From Octopus sinensis (lineage: Eukaryota), in assembly GCF_006345805.1 (NCBI RefSeq), contig NW_021832417.1, positions 107,261 through 171,260 of the forward strand: 64,000 nucleotides of DNA, read 5' to 3'. How positions within the stretch are numbered: position 1 is the stretch's first letter; each line of letters begins with the position of its first letter. Below are positions 1 to 13,485 of this stretch, piece by piece. A model generated the notes under the pieces. That model was not told the DNA's origin and ran no database searches. It was given only the letters and a program-made list of their open reading frames with translations. Position numbers and translations under genes: made by a program.

Positions 1-1268
1 AAAAGAGGTAAGTCCAGAAGGTGTGTGACAATACAGGGGCATGTGGATGGGTTGGGAGAAATGAGGTTGGCCAGTAAGTGGATTTGTGTGGAGTAGGGGG
101 ATTGGAGAGATGGGATGGAGGAAGAGAAGCAGAAAAGGTGGAGGTGGGTTGGAAAAGATGAGTAGGGGATGTTGGAGAGGGAGATGTACATGTAAAATAC
201 ACATGTATATATAAATATATATATGTGTATGTATGTATGTGTGTATGTATATGTATATCATATATATCATAAATGTATATATAAAAATCAAGCAAAGCAA
301 CATAGCTAGAATGAACAGAAGCAAAATTACAAAGACTAAAACTGAATAAAATGCTTTAAATTGCTGACCAATTTTTTGGTTGTTGTCGACACTGTGTCTG
401 GAAGAATGAAGTAGTGAATTATCTTCAAAACTGTGAAATACCCAAGTGGCATTAGGCAGACTACAAACTGTTTGTTAATTCCTCTACTTAGATGCTTTAC
501 AATGGAATTTCATAGTTTTAGACATTATTTTTAGATTAAATTATGGTATTCAGTGTTTTCTGGTAATTCTTTAAAAGAAAAAAGGATATTCGTGTATCTG
601 CATGTGCGAGTGTCTACACACATGCACATGCATATGCACACACACACACACGCATGCACACACACACACCACACACACACACAACTGTCACGCCCTTCAA
701 ATAGGTATTATGCAAACAAAATAGAATAATTTTTGCTTAATAAAAACGAATAAAAATGTTATGCTTAAAACGGAAACGTAATATTAAAAAATAATGTTTA
801 CACAACAAAGATAATAATAATAATAATAATCTTCATCATCATCATCATCAGAAGAAGAAGATGAAGAAGAAGAATTTTTTCTATCTTTAAATGATAATGA
901 TAATATGAAGTTTTATTTTGTTGCAGTTCATAATTCTACATCTTTATAAGTTATGGTTATTCATTATTGTTGATAGAAATGTTGTTAATCTTAAAGCTTA
1001 TATTTCTTGTTCCCTTTCATTGTTGTTTTATGTGTATAGTATTGTATAATCATTTCAGATTTGAGCTCTCGTTACACTGTCTATTCGATAGTCTGTGTCT
1101 ATATACATCCTCACACATATATGCACAGATGCATACATACGTATATATATATATATATATATATGGACATACATACATACACAGATATCTACCTACCTAC
1201 CCACCTACCTACCCATCTATCTACTTACCTATCTACCTACTTACCTACCTATCTACTTACCTACATAT

Positions 1269-1463
1269 CTCTTACTCTTTTACTCATTTGACTGCGGCCA
1301 TGCTGGAGCACCACCTTTAATCGAGCAACTCAACCCCGAGACTTATTCTTTTGTAAGCCCAGTACTTATTCTATCGGTCTCTTTTGCCGAACCGCTAAGT
1401 AACGGGGACATAAACACGCCAGTATCGGTTGTCAAGCAATGCTAGGGGGACAAACACAGACAT

Positions 1464-1494
<31 letters not shown>

Positions 1495-1668
1495 CATATA
1501 TACGACAGGCTTCTTTCAGTTTCCGTCTACCAAATCCACTCACAAGGCTTTGGTCGGCCCGAGGCTATAGTAGAAGACACTTGCCCAAGGTGCCACACAG
1601 TGGGACTGAACCCGGAACCATGTGGTTGGTAAACAAGCTACTTACCACACAGCCACTCCTGTGCCTAT
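1269..1668 (-). mobile_element. tRNA-headed SINE, family A (head + CORE-like body + internal TA/TG microsatellite + tail), full length
   Basis: Minus strand reads GGCACAGGAGTGGCTGTGTGGTAAG...GGTTCAGTCCC (A/B-box-like head), GCACCTTGGGCAAGTGTCTT, an internal microsatellite, then tail ...GGTGCTCCAGCATGGCCGCAGTCAAATGAGTAAAAGAG. The same layout recurs at 8738, 19945, 30428 and 60443. Confidence 0.85.
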
Positions 1669-2004
1669 GTACATACATACCTACAAACACACACACACAC
1701 ACACACACAAACGTATGTATGTACTTGCATACACAAGCACACATTCATATAAATATTTAATAAACACAGGATTTAAATGTGAGATACTATAAGTTTCATG
1801 CTCTGATATATATATGGTAATTGGATTGGCCTGTACAGTGTGCCATGTACGACCCTTCAACCTCACAGGCTCAATATTTATATATGGGGGGAGAGGGGAG
1901 AGAGAGGAAGAGAGAGAGGGAGAGAGAGAGGGAGGGAGGGAGAGGGGGAATATAAATAAATAGATATACATATGAGTGCATATCTATTTATTTATATGAG
2001 TGTA

Positions 2005-3155
2005 TATTACTTGTGTACAGATTGCAGAATAATCAAGAGAACAGAGGCCATTGAAATAACCGTACAAAGGATAGAGTAAGGAGACAACACGTTCATGGGC
2101 CAGATGTTGGTGAATGACACCATACCAATTAATCAGGAGGACCTTTTTTGGGTGTTTTAAGGTGTTCATGTATGCTGCAGCAAGTGTGTGAACTGATTGA
2201 AAGTTTCACTTGAACTTTGTAGAGAGTTAGCAACGGTTTGGAACTGAGGTATTTTATTGTCGTGAAGAGGAAGGAGAATAATTGTGATGCAGTTTTTGCT
2301 AAGTTGCTAATGTGAGATCATCATATATAACAATCTTAAAAAAGGTTGTTGCATCTATTTCAAACCAGTGGGGACATATGTGATCATTTTCTTGATGTGT
2401 TATAATTGTGTCACTGTGTTGTTGAAAGATTGTCACGCATCCTGTTGAAAATGATTTTGAGATCTCAGTTCATGAGTATATAAATTGGATGCAGATGATG
2501 CTTATATTTACAAGGTTCGAGTAGAGTAAAAGTATCATCTGCATAGGAGTGTATGTTGTTGAGTGTAAGGCAAATATATTTTTGATGTACTGGGAAAAAG
2601 TGTGAGAGTAGAACTAAAATTTGGGAAAGACCAAACTTGATAGAGTGTGGCTCAGTTGTACTTCCTTCAGCTCATATTGTAATGATGGGATTTGAACAAG
2701 AAGTTTCCCATCTAAGAGATGAAAGATAGCTGGAACTCACAAGCTGACAGCTTTATTAGATTTACCTACTAGATATAACAAAATACTTTGCTGATACAAA
2801 TGCAGCTGCTGATTGACATGAGAGATTCTGATAGATTCTGAGATTCAAGAGATTCTGAAGATTTGGATAGATTTAGTTTTACAGAAGTTGTACTGTTAGT
2901 CATTGAGGAGGGAGAACAATTAAAGGTTTTGAGAAAGATGTTTGTTAATCACATTCTCTATCACCTTCAGGTGTTGGAAATGTGAGTGATAGAGTTTTAA
3001 TTGAGTTTGAGGGATGACACTTTTTTGGAATGGGAAACACTAACAATTTCCAAAAGCTGGGATAGCTACCTGAAGAGAATGAGAAATTGAAAGCTATTGC
3101 AAAAATAGGAAACAATGCTTGAGAATAGTATAAAAGATACTGTCAACACCTGTTG
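2005..3155 (-). pseudogene. Highly decayed CR1/L2-group LINE reverse-transcriptase relic
   Basis: Minus-strand translation across frameshifts gives AIAFNFSFSSGSYPSFWK, VFPIPKK, KVIENVINKHL, NNIHSYADDT (YADD near 2533-2545) and C-terminal SLLYPLYGYFNGLCS, in normal RT order. Confidence 0.7.
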
Positions 3156-4329
3156 GTTTATGTATCTCTGGGAAGAAACATTAAATCCAATATTGTGACT
3201 TTTTTTAGCCCTTGTAGAAAAATAGTGCTCCATTGACTATGTATATGATAAATTATTTAAGAGAAATGGTATTATAGCTGCATTACTAACATGAAGGATA
3301 TTTTATCAACTAATGCCAGTAATATAAACAGAAATATAAAATATTCTTTTAAAAGAAAATCTCAATCTAATTTACAAAGCAAGCATTAGTTCAAATTTAA
3401 ACTATAAGTTTATAACAAAAGCATTACATTATTATGACAGAGAACAAATTCAAGAAACACTATCTTAATCATTACCACATCCAAAATGAAGAGAATGGAA
3501 ACGTCATAGCTCTTTCCAGTTATATATGACAGTTGAGGGACAGTGATATTGACAGGCTGAAAATCAATTAGGAAATTATGAACTGAGGTATACCATACAC
3601 TAATGGATAAAGATATTATAACCTTAAATAATCTCATGAACTCAAACTACCATCAGAACGAATGATTTGAAATGTTCACTAATTTTCACTATTTATAAAA
3701 ACTTCTTTTTATAAATTAGAATTAGATGATAATTCCTGATAAGAGTGATACTGCAGATTTTGTTGGTGGAATTATAGCAAGTAGGATGTTTATAAAATGC
3801 TCTTCTGTGCTTGCAGTACTCAACCTTTTGTTTTACAATACCATATTTATAATACTGATCCTATTTTTTTCCAATTTTGTGTTATTATAATTCACTATTT
3901 ATTACATGTTTTCATACGTGCATATATTATTGTATGCATTTGTGTGTATTTATGATATTTTTTATGATATATATATATATATATGAACATGCTCTTTGCT
4001 TTCAACATTTTCTTTTACTGACATTTAATTGTGCAATACACTAATGAGACTTATACAATGTGAAACTATTGTCACCCATTGTTGTTAAATAACCATTACT
4101 TGTCTAAAATTATTCTCTGACAATCCCTTTGGCGATTGACTTTGTCAGAATGAAACTTAGAGTTGAGAGCAGTCATCTTTAACTACTATATTACAATAAA
4201 TACATGCAAATACAGATCAAATATCCAAATATCTAATATAATAAATGTGAAAACTAACTTCTGTGTGTCAGCGTAGCATACTTTGACCCTTTTCTCACTA
4301 TTCAGTGACACTCCTACTATCGTTCATGT

Positions 4330-4625
4330 TGGGGTGAGAGTAATAGTAGGCATAGAGACAGTAGTAGATTGACGGTTGTGATGATAATGGGGTGATAGTA
4401 GTAGTATGAGCTGTAGCTGTAATAGAGGCGGAGGCAACGGTGGTGGTGTTGGTAGCTGAAACAGTCAGGGACAATGGTGATAGTAAGCAATATGAAAGAC
4501 AGTGGTGATGGTGGTGGAGGGAAAGGTGGCGAAGTATTGATAGTGGTGGCATCAGAAGTTTGAATGCTGTATGTATGGCAGTTGTCGTGGCGATGGTGGT
4601 GGTACTGGTGATGGTGATGGTTGAA
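4330..4625. repeat. Degenerate GGT/GAT/AGT trinucleotide low-complexity tract
   Basis: Visible trinucleotide periodicity; explains ORFs 4298-4630 and 4317-4634. Confidence 0.8.
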
Positions 4626-4735
4626 AACAATCAACAGAAAGAGAGAGAGAAAGAGAGAAAATGAAAGAGGTTAGGCAGAAAGAAAAATTGTACTAAACCC
4701 TGAATGGGAAGATGAAAATGTTGTTTATCATCCAG

Positions 4736-4934
4736 CTTTGCAACTAAGTTCCAAGTCGACAAATTATATCATTGTTTTGATGAAAATTCTTCATTGCTTG
4801 AAAAATATTGGTCAAGTTTAATAAAGTTTAATATGTATTCAATGCATGAAGTGTCATTGTTGGGCTCAAGGCCCAATGAGGAGCCTTCTACAGGAGCTAG
4901 CTTAAAAGCCATCGATAGGGGAGCTTTTAAGCTA
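4736..4934 (+). CDS. Candidate internal exon, unidentified (FATKFQVDKLYHCFDENSSLLEKYW...GASLKAIDRGAFKL)
   Basis: TTGTTTATCATCCAG acceptor, 66 open codons, CTA|GTAAGT donor. No recognisable homology; could be chance. Confidence 0.15.
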
Positions 4935-6017
4935 GTAAGTTAATATGTATAAATATTACATGTGTGTGTGTGTATGCAAGTATACATATCATTATCACCA
5001 TCATTATTATTATGTTTGTTTTCCATGGTGAAAAAACTTATGAAGCTAGTATTTTATAGCTGGATGGCCTTTCTCTTACTATTCTTTTCCTGCCTATTAA
5101 AGAGAATTTTCTTTATTCTACTGTTCTTCACAAGTTGAAACTGCTGAGCAACTGGGAATACTGTTTATACAGCAGATGTGAACACATCACTATCATTTAT
5201 GTAGTGTTATACAAAGGCATTCCGAAACATTTGTGCACACACACTCTCACTCACAAATACACACACATACACATACGCAGTAGATTTTTGTACACTTTAT
5301 ACTCATCTATATCATTCTGAAGGTATAGGCCTAGACTAAGGCTAACTGGAAGTAGAAGATGCTTGACCAAAGCTCTACACTGTGGGAGTAGAACCTGAAA
5401 CCACATGGCCATGGGGTGAACTTCATCTCACTTGTTTCCCAATAAACATTTACAAACACACACATGATTCACAACATTGTTTTTCAAAATTACTCACACA
5501 TAAAAGTGTGTATATGATTTGTCAGACAATATTTGATGATTAAAGTTAAATCTGCAGTGCAGTAGGTAGATGAATTCTTATTTGTCAGGAAGTGACTCAT
5601 GCTGAAATTTGTTGCAGGCCAAAGATAATTGGACTATTATGGTGTTAAAAGAGACTAAATAATAGAAGCCTTTTATCAACAAGGATAACTGCTATGTGAT
5701 ATTTGTTAAATCAAGTGGATATAAATATCTCTTGGTGAACACGAAACTTTCAAGCATCTGAAAGTTATTCCAAAGAAACTGCTTCTGTCGGCAATTGCTG
5801 AACATTTTAACTGACCACTTCTTATATGAGAAACTATTGCCTTCTATGCTTCTCTAGACTGTTACCCAATACATATAACAGCCCCACACATATGCATACA
5901 CACATATATATATATATATATGTAAATACACATATATATAGTGATATAAAGAGAGAGAGAGAGAGAGAGAGATGCAGGTGTGGCTAGGGACCAAACATGA
6001 AGGCATGAAGAGACATA

Positions 6018-6165
6018 GACGTGGCTGTGTGGGTAAGAAGCTTACTTCTCAAGTATGTGGTCTCACAGTCTCTTTGGATAAGAGTTTTATACAATAGGCT
6101 GAAGCTGAGCAAAACTTTATGACTGGATTTAGTAGACAGAAACTGAAAGAAACCCATCATACATT
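6018..6165 (+). mobile_element. SINE family A, head and body, decayed
   Basis: GTGGCTGTGTGGGTAAGAAGCTT...GGATTTAGTAGACAGAAACTGAAAGAAACCC matches the other family A copies. Confidence 0.65.
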
Positions 6166-8134
6166 CACACACACATATATGCATGTATGTGGGTATCAAA
6201 GATACATATATGTATGTATTTTTGTGTGCATCCTTATCTTGACATTATGTCATAGTTTTAAACTAGCATCTCTGTGGTACAAGCCATGTTATTCATTTCC
6301 AGATTTCTGTGAAAAATATGACTGGTCATGGGGAAATATTTCCTTACTTGGCAACAGATAATGGTGACAAGAAGGGTAACAGAAAATGTTCCTTAACAAA
6401 TTATGTCTGACCCATGTAAACATGTAAAAATGGACATTAAATGATGATAAAGATATACAAATGTGTGTTTGTATGTGTGAGTGTTTATACTTGCATGTGT
6501 ATGTGTTTATATTCTGTATCTTCACTTGCATGTAAAGACAAATCTATATTATTTTGTTTGGGATAAAATTTATGTTTTATAAATTACTGCCAGCCATATT
6601 CTGCAATATTACTTGACATAGCCCAATGACTGAAAAAGTCAATTAGGCTTCACTTTATCCAAAACATAATTTTGCCTAAGCACGAAACTTGAGTTGCTGC
6701 CAGGAACCCTTCAAGTTATGGTTTCTAATAGCCTTTATGTTTACAAATGAAAGAAAAGAGCACTAAAAGCATGGTAAAGCATTTATATTTGTTGGAAAAA
6801 CAGTTGATGAATCACTACATTGTTAGGCACAATTTTACATGCATACAGTATATGTATGATTAGTAATGTTATATATAGACAATCTTGAAACCGATCTGTC
6901 AGAAAATTCCCAAGTCATTCATTTTAACTAAGAGAACCATAAGATGTGTTTATATAATATCAATCCCTATGGCTAAACTACTCTCAAATAAATGACTGTA
7001 GAGTTATGTACAGGTATACTGAATTATTTTGTGTTCTGTATAAATATGAATTATTTAATTTATTACATGACTGACTAAAATAGGGGGAAATCATGTTAGC
7101 TGTTAATTTTGTATCCTGATTACATATTGCTACAGGGTGCGATTTAGATTCAAAAGTTTTCTGGGTAACCAAAATATAGTACAAGGAATTATTTGAAGAA
7201 GAACAATTATCCCCAAACAAAACTGTAAGAAAATACCCAATTATCTTTCTGTATACATAAGAGAACAAGCGGATATCCTCACATGATTGCAATCTCCATA
7301 ACTAAAATGCTTTCAAATATCTATACAGTTATCTACATTATATATATATATATATTATATATATATATATATGTGTGGTGTGTATGTGTGCGTGTTTACG
7401 TGTGTGTGTATGCGTGTGCATATATATGTATGTATATGTGCATATATATATATATACATACATGTATATATATACATATAGATATGTGTGCCTGTTTATA
7501 TATATGTGTGTGTGTGTGTATCTATATCATGTAGATAACTATAGTTATGAATGCATGTGTCTGTATGCCTGTATGTACATGTCTGCTTGTATATGCACAT
7601 GTATATACATACACACATGCACATACACACACATGCGCATACACACACAAAGACACACATATATACTTATTATTGGAAAGAACAACAAAACATCAAAAAA
7701 TTAAAATACTCCTCAATAAATAAAAATCAAAGAATTAAATTGTTTCTATCAATAACTGGGTCAATTATTGATATTATTTCAGTCTTGTGTAGAGGCGTGC
7801 GCACACGCTCATGCGTGTGTGTGTGAGGGGATACTTATTTATTACATCTATCAATGGTTGGACCACTCACCACATCCTATTGTGTTTCCACTTCAAATTC
7901 TCACATTAGACACATATTTGTTCATCAACAATAGGGCTGAAGTAAAGTACCATATTTATGTAATTTATTTTGTCTTTACTTTTATTTGTGCTAGGGAAAT
8001 AAATAGTCAAAGCAGGAGTTTTTTTCGTTCTTATAGTTATTATCAATATTATCATGTTTGTTTGATTTTGTAGTAACTGTTGTAGTAATGGTTGTTGTTA
8101 TTTTTTAAATTTTAGTTGTTGCTGTAATAGCTGT

Positions 8135-8310
8135 TTTTGCAGTTGTTTAACCCAAGGTCTGTTTGGATTGAGCAGACCTGAACCTGAAAGCATTCCAGCT
8201 GTGACCATATCTAGCACTGATTACATTGAGTAATGTGTTTTTTCTTTTTTTAAGATGGTAGGACAGGATTTGATTTGAGTGCGATTTGGCTTCCATTTCT
8301 TATGGGTGAA
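8135..8310. mobile_element. Short interspersed repeat, family F, unclassified ((GTT)n end, GATTTGGCTGCTATTTC motif)
   Basis: Similar to 45620-45805; fragments near 11930-11980 and 48880-48940. Confidence 0.5.
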
Positions 8311-8339
8311 ATATTTACTTAGAGGCTCTTGTAATGGCA

Positions 8340-8625
8340 GTGATCATTATCATCATCATCGTCATCATCATCGTCATCCTCCTCCTCATCATCATCATTA
8401 TCATTTAGCATCTATTTTCTACGTTGGCATGGGTTAGATGGTTTGACTGGACCTGGAAGCTGGAAAGCTGCACCAGGCTGCAGTCTCGTTTTGGCATGGT
8501 TTCTATGGCTGGATGCCCTTGCTAGTGCCAACCACTCCAAAGGTATAGTGGGTGCCTTTTATGTGCCACCAACGCAGGTGCTTTTATGTGTCACCGGCAC
8601 AGGTGTCTTTTACATGCCACCAGCA
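8340..8625 (-). mobile_element. RTE-type 3' tail fragment with (GAT)n end
   Basis: GGATGCCCTTGCTAGTGCCAACCACTCC and CCATGCCAACGTAGAAAATAGATGCTAAATGATAATGATG on the minus strand match the 3' end of the RTE at 24372-26332. Confidence 0.8.
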
Positions 8626-8737
8626 TTGATTTTGTTGAATCTGTTGTTGTTGATATTGTTGTTTAGCTCCACATCAGTTCTAATAAAACAGATCTGATCA
8701 AATGCTTTCTAATTACAACCATCCAGTCTTTTATCTT

Positions 8738-9145
8738 GGCATAGGTGTAGCTGGGTGCTAAGAAGTTTGCTTCCCAGCCACATGGTACCAGGTTCGGTGC
8801 CACTTCATGCTACCTTGGACAAGCGTCTTCTACCATAGACTTGGGCTGACCAAAGCTTTGTGAGTGGATTTGGTAGATGGAAACTGAAAGAAACCCCACA
8901 TATGTCAATATATATGTGTATGTTTGTGTGTGTGTTTGTGTGTGAGTCCTTGTTTGTCCCCTACCACCAGTTGACTACCAGTGTTGGTGCATTTATATAC
9001 TTGTAACTTTGTGGTTTGGCATAAGAGACTGATAGAATAAGTACCAGGTTTTAAAAAATGAGTACTGGGGGCCAATCCATTCTGATTAAAATTCTTCAAG
9101 GTGGCTGCAGTTTAATGACTGAAAAAAGTAAAAGAATAAAAGAAT
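8738..9145 (+). mobile_element. SINE family A, full length, decayed
   Basis: Head, body, internal TA/TG tract and tail ending AAAAGAATAAAAGAAT. Confidence 0.8.
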
Positions 9146-10000
9146 TAAAGAACAGAGGATCAATTATGTAATTCTTTGAGTTCATTCACTTTTAAGAAAG
9201 CAGGGCATTATTTAAGGGAGATTTGACAACTATTTCCAGCTGCCCAGTGTATAATGCAATGATAATTTCCATTAGCTCATGTTTGTAGCGATTGCTGTTT
9301 TGTGGCCATTTTTGTTGTAACTGCTGGGTTTGGTATTTTACCATGTGTTTGGGTGTAGAATGCAGTTGCTGCTGCTGAGAAGAATGATGATGAAGATGTG
9401 GTTGTTTTATTTTTGTTGTAGCCTTTTCAGTTGATGTTACAATTCTTGTAACTGCAGCAGCAGCAGTTGTTATATCTTTCCTCATACTGTATTGTAAGGA
9501 TTGTTGTAGTGATTGTTGTTACTATTGTTTCAGTTGGTACTGTTATACTGCTCACAGCTTTATGATGTTGTCTCTTCTAGATGAATTTGTAAATACAGAT
9601 ACCTCTTAGTGTTGTCATGCAGCAAATCATTCCTTGATGTTTTTTGTTAATCTTATGAAACAGACAAAAAGGAAACACAAAAAGAATCGATGAATCTGTT
9701 AAAATTCTCTCTATAATTTCATCCCTTATATTTCTCCTATTATAATTCCTTTCAGTCCTTTATCTATTGTCAACTATCAATTTATCATTGTTCACACTGC
9801 TATGCTCAATGTTCTCTGCACAATGTTAGTACTGTTCTGCTCAAATCTCTTTTCTCTTCAATCTGTTTCCTCAGAATAATTTAGATCAATTTTTAACTGT
9901 TTTATCTTTAAACCTCTCATTTCATTCTGACACATATATTGTTACACTCACAGAATGTGCACCTGCCCCCCCCCCAACACACACACACATGCACAAATAT

Positions 10001-10845
10001 ATCATCATCATCATCATTTAATGTCCACTTTCCATCCTGGCATGGGTTAGACGGTTTATCAGGAACTGGTCAGCTGGAGAGCTGCTCCAAGTTCCAGTTT
10101 AATTTAGCATGGTTTCTGCTGCTGCTGCTGGATGCCCTTCCTAATGCCAACCACTCCAAGAATGTAATAGATGCTTCCTATGTGTGACCAGTATCAGTGC
10201 CATTTACATGACGCACTGGTAATAGACATGACTATGGTTTCATGGGTACCATTTACATGACACTGGCAATTGTCACATGACACATGACTATGGTTTCACT
10301 TGGCTTGACAAATCTTCTCAAGTGCAGCATATCACCTATAGTCTTTGTCACTTGTCACCATGGTCTCAGTCACTTGTCATTACCTTCATGAGGCCCAACA
10401 TTTGAAGATTGTGCTGCACCACCTTGTCCCTCACTTCTGTGAGGCCCAACATTCAAAGATCATTTCGAAGATCATGCTACCGACAATGGCCACAATTACA
10501 ATTTCATGGCTGCCATTTATATGACACCAGCATCAGCCAAGACTATGATTTCCCTTGGCTTGACAAGTTTTCTCAAACACAGCATATCACCAAAGGTCTC
10601 TGTCACTAGTCATCACCACTGTGAGACTCAACATTCAAAGATAATACTTCACCAACTCATCCCATGTCTTCCATAGGTTCCCTCCACAGTTAGAGATCAG
10701 CACTGCTTTACACTTCTTTACACAGCTGTTCTTGTCCATACACATCAAATGACCATTTGCCTCTCTTGCATACTGCATCTGATGCCTCTTATACCTAGTT
10801 TTTCTCTCAAGACACACTGTCACTCATGCACAGACATTGTACATC
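10001..10845 (-). mobile_element. 5'-truncated RTE LINE (ORF C-terminus + 3' UTR + (GAT)n tail)
   Basis: ORF 10635-10823 (GHLMCMDKNSCVKKC...KTWDELVK) parallels GHVMCMDKDSCVKKY...KTWDEVVK of the RTE at 25.6 kb; shared UTR and tail. Confidence 0.85.
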
Positions 10846-10848
10846 TAG

Positions 10849-10893
<45 letters not shown>

Positions 10894-11044
10894 CTATTTG
10901 TGACCTGTTGGGTCACTGGGAAAGTCTGAGTTTCCCAGCAACGGAGTTTTGTTTCATGAGGTTTTCTTTTCCATGTTATTTCGTATGATTTCAACAAATG
11001 TGACATCAAAACCATGCATAAACGGTTACTTTCCCCAGAAAAGG

Positions 11045-11163
11045 AAAGATTTGGCTGCTATTTCTTGCATGCCTTGCTACCACGTAACAGGTATTTCAAG
11101 TCCTTTATTGCAAATAGCTGTTACGTGGTAGCAGGGCGTGCTAGAATTAGCAGCGAAATCTTT
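11045..11163. other. 119-nt imperfect fold-back hairpin
   Basis: 11045-11090 pairs with 11118-11163 without bulges (3 mismatches, 2 G:T); 16-bp perfect core TGCTACCACGTAACAG/CTGTTACGTGGTAGCA. Confidence 0.9.
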
Positions 11164-12660
11164 GGAGGTGAGATAAATTGAATGCACTCCAAAAAAATCT
11201 ATAGAAAAAAGTTATTTCACACCGAGGTTATGAATGGGTCTTTTATGAAATATTTACTGTACTTTTAAAGTCATTTTCATTTAAAAATATCTTTAAAATA
11301 TGCCAAAAACAAATTTTTGTAATGGTATTTACTTGAAAATAATTCAAGAAAACATTAAAATATTGTCTGTTTAAAGAAAGCTAAAATATAAATACTTACT
11401 GTACAAACAACTTACATTTTTGAAATCACATTCACTTAAAGATATTTCAAAATGATTAAAATATTGTATTTAACAAAAGTGAAAATAGAAACAATTTGTA
11501 TTTTTTTTGCTGTCAAATCACTGTATCCAATTGAAAGATAAGAGTTTCTTCCGTTTCAGGGAAGTTTATTTTCGGAATATTTTCCTATTATGCACTGTTT
11601 TGAGTATTTATACATGAAAACCGTAATATCTTAACAACCTCTTGTTTGATTTACATGAAACTTGTATTATTCCGTTCACATTCATATTTCAGGGGCAATT
11701 TAATTCATAGTATTTTTCCATTATGCGCCAGTTTGACTGGGTAACATTGCCAGCAAGCTAGAAAGCAAGATTCAAGCTCACATTTAATGTATTATATATA
11801 TATATATATATTGATACATATACATTGTGAACACATGTATTGTTAATCTCAACAAAGGAAGCACATATTGGTTAATGTAGTCTCCTAAATTCTTAAAACC
11901 TGAGAATGGCCATGGCTGAAGTGTCCTTGATCAGAGTCTGCTCAATGAAAATGACACAGAGCTAAACAACAACAGATGCAACAAAATTAACCACTTCTTC
12001 CACTCTGTAAATTTCTCATGTAGCATTAACATGTAACATGAAAGACAAACTTGTTATTGTTTCTTTTTATTAAACAGAATTATTGAATAATAAGGAATGA
12101 TAATTAACAAACATGAATTGATTAAAATATGGATATTTGCAATGATAGAGCACCAATTAACCTACTCTCTATATCTATAGAAATGGTTTTAAATGGCAAC
12201 ATGGTCACTAGCCACTTTCTTTTTAGACTGAGTTATACAGATATTTTGAACAAACTGAGAATTGGCATATCTTTGAAGACACTTCCAAGCTTTCTCAGCA
12301 AAAATAAATATGATACTCTAGATATATATTTTAAGTAATTCTTTAATTAACATTTTAATGACTTTTTTGATTATATGTAAAATATATGTATTAATATATT
12401 TAGATTACAAAACTACAGAGATATTTTGAGATAACTAGCAGTAAGCTGTGTTGCTAAAATTTATTCAATAAAATACATAAATTTAGCATAGTTTGTATGT
12501 TATGAGAAGTGAATACTGATATCCCAAGCAAAGCACTCAGTGCTAGCTTAAATAATTTAAACTTGAGAAATATATATTTTATACTTGGCATTCAAGTGTA
12601 CCAACCCACGTTGGTGTAAATACCACAGGTGCAATGCTCCACAGTTAGAAATTAAAGTTA

Positions 12661-12698
<38 letters not shown>

Positions 12699-12721
12699 TG
12701 TGTGTGTATGTGTACATACAT

Positions 12722-12771
<50 letters not shown>

Positions 12772-12813
12772 TAATTTTATATATGTATTATTACATATAT
12801 TTTAAATATAATC

Positions 12814-12860
<47 letters not shown>

Positions 12861-12862
12861 TA

Positions 12863-13485
12863 TCATCATCATCATCATCATCGTCGTTTAACGTCCGTTC
12901 TCCATGCTAGCATGGGTTGGACGGTTCGACCGGGGTTCTGGGAAGCCAGAAGGCTGCACCAGGCTCCAGTCTAATTTGGCAATGTTTCTACAGCTGGATG
13001 CCCTTCCTAACGCCAACCACTCCGTGAGTGTAGTGGGTGCTTTTTACGTGCCACCTGCACAGGTGCCAGGCGGGGCTGGCAACGGCCACGGTCAGATTGG
13101 TGTATTTATATGTGCCACCGGCACGGAAGCCAGTCGAGGCGGTGCTGGCATCGGCCACGAGTCGGATAGTGCTTTTTACGTACCACCAGACCAGGGATCC
13201 TGGCTGGTTCAATTCGATTTCGATTTCGCTTGCCCCAACATGTCTTCACAAGCAAAGGGGGTGGCAAGGGTGCCTGTCGTACGGTCGCATTGGAGTATTT
13301 TACGTGCCACGGCCACGAGTCGGATAGTGCTTTTTACGTACCACCAGACCAGGGATCCTGGCTGGTTCAATTCGATTCGATTTCGCTTGCCCCAACATGT
13401 CTTCACAAGCAAAGGGGGTTGGCATGGGTGCCTGTCGTACGGTCGCATTGGAGTATTTTACGTGCCACGGCCCCGAGTCGGATAT
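12863..13485 (-). mobile_element. Young, CpG-rich non-autonomous element with RTE-type tail and a 158-bp tandem duplication
   Basis: (GAT)n tail and GGAAGGGCATCCAGCTGTAGAAAC motif; near-identical units start at 13153 and 13311, with a partial third at 13469. Confidence 0.85.

Noticed and set aside
9192-9485. 97-aa Q/H/T-rich ORF
   Set aside because: Built from CAG/CAA/CAT low-complexity sequence and ends in a family F repeat fragment.
13153-13485. CRISPR-like array
   Set aside because: Units are contiguous duplications with no unique spacers, inside a eukaryotic retroposon.
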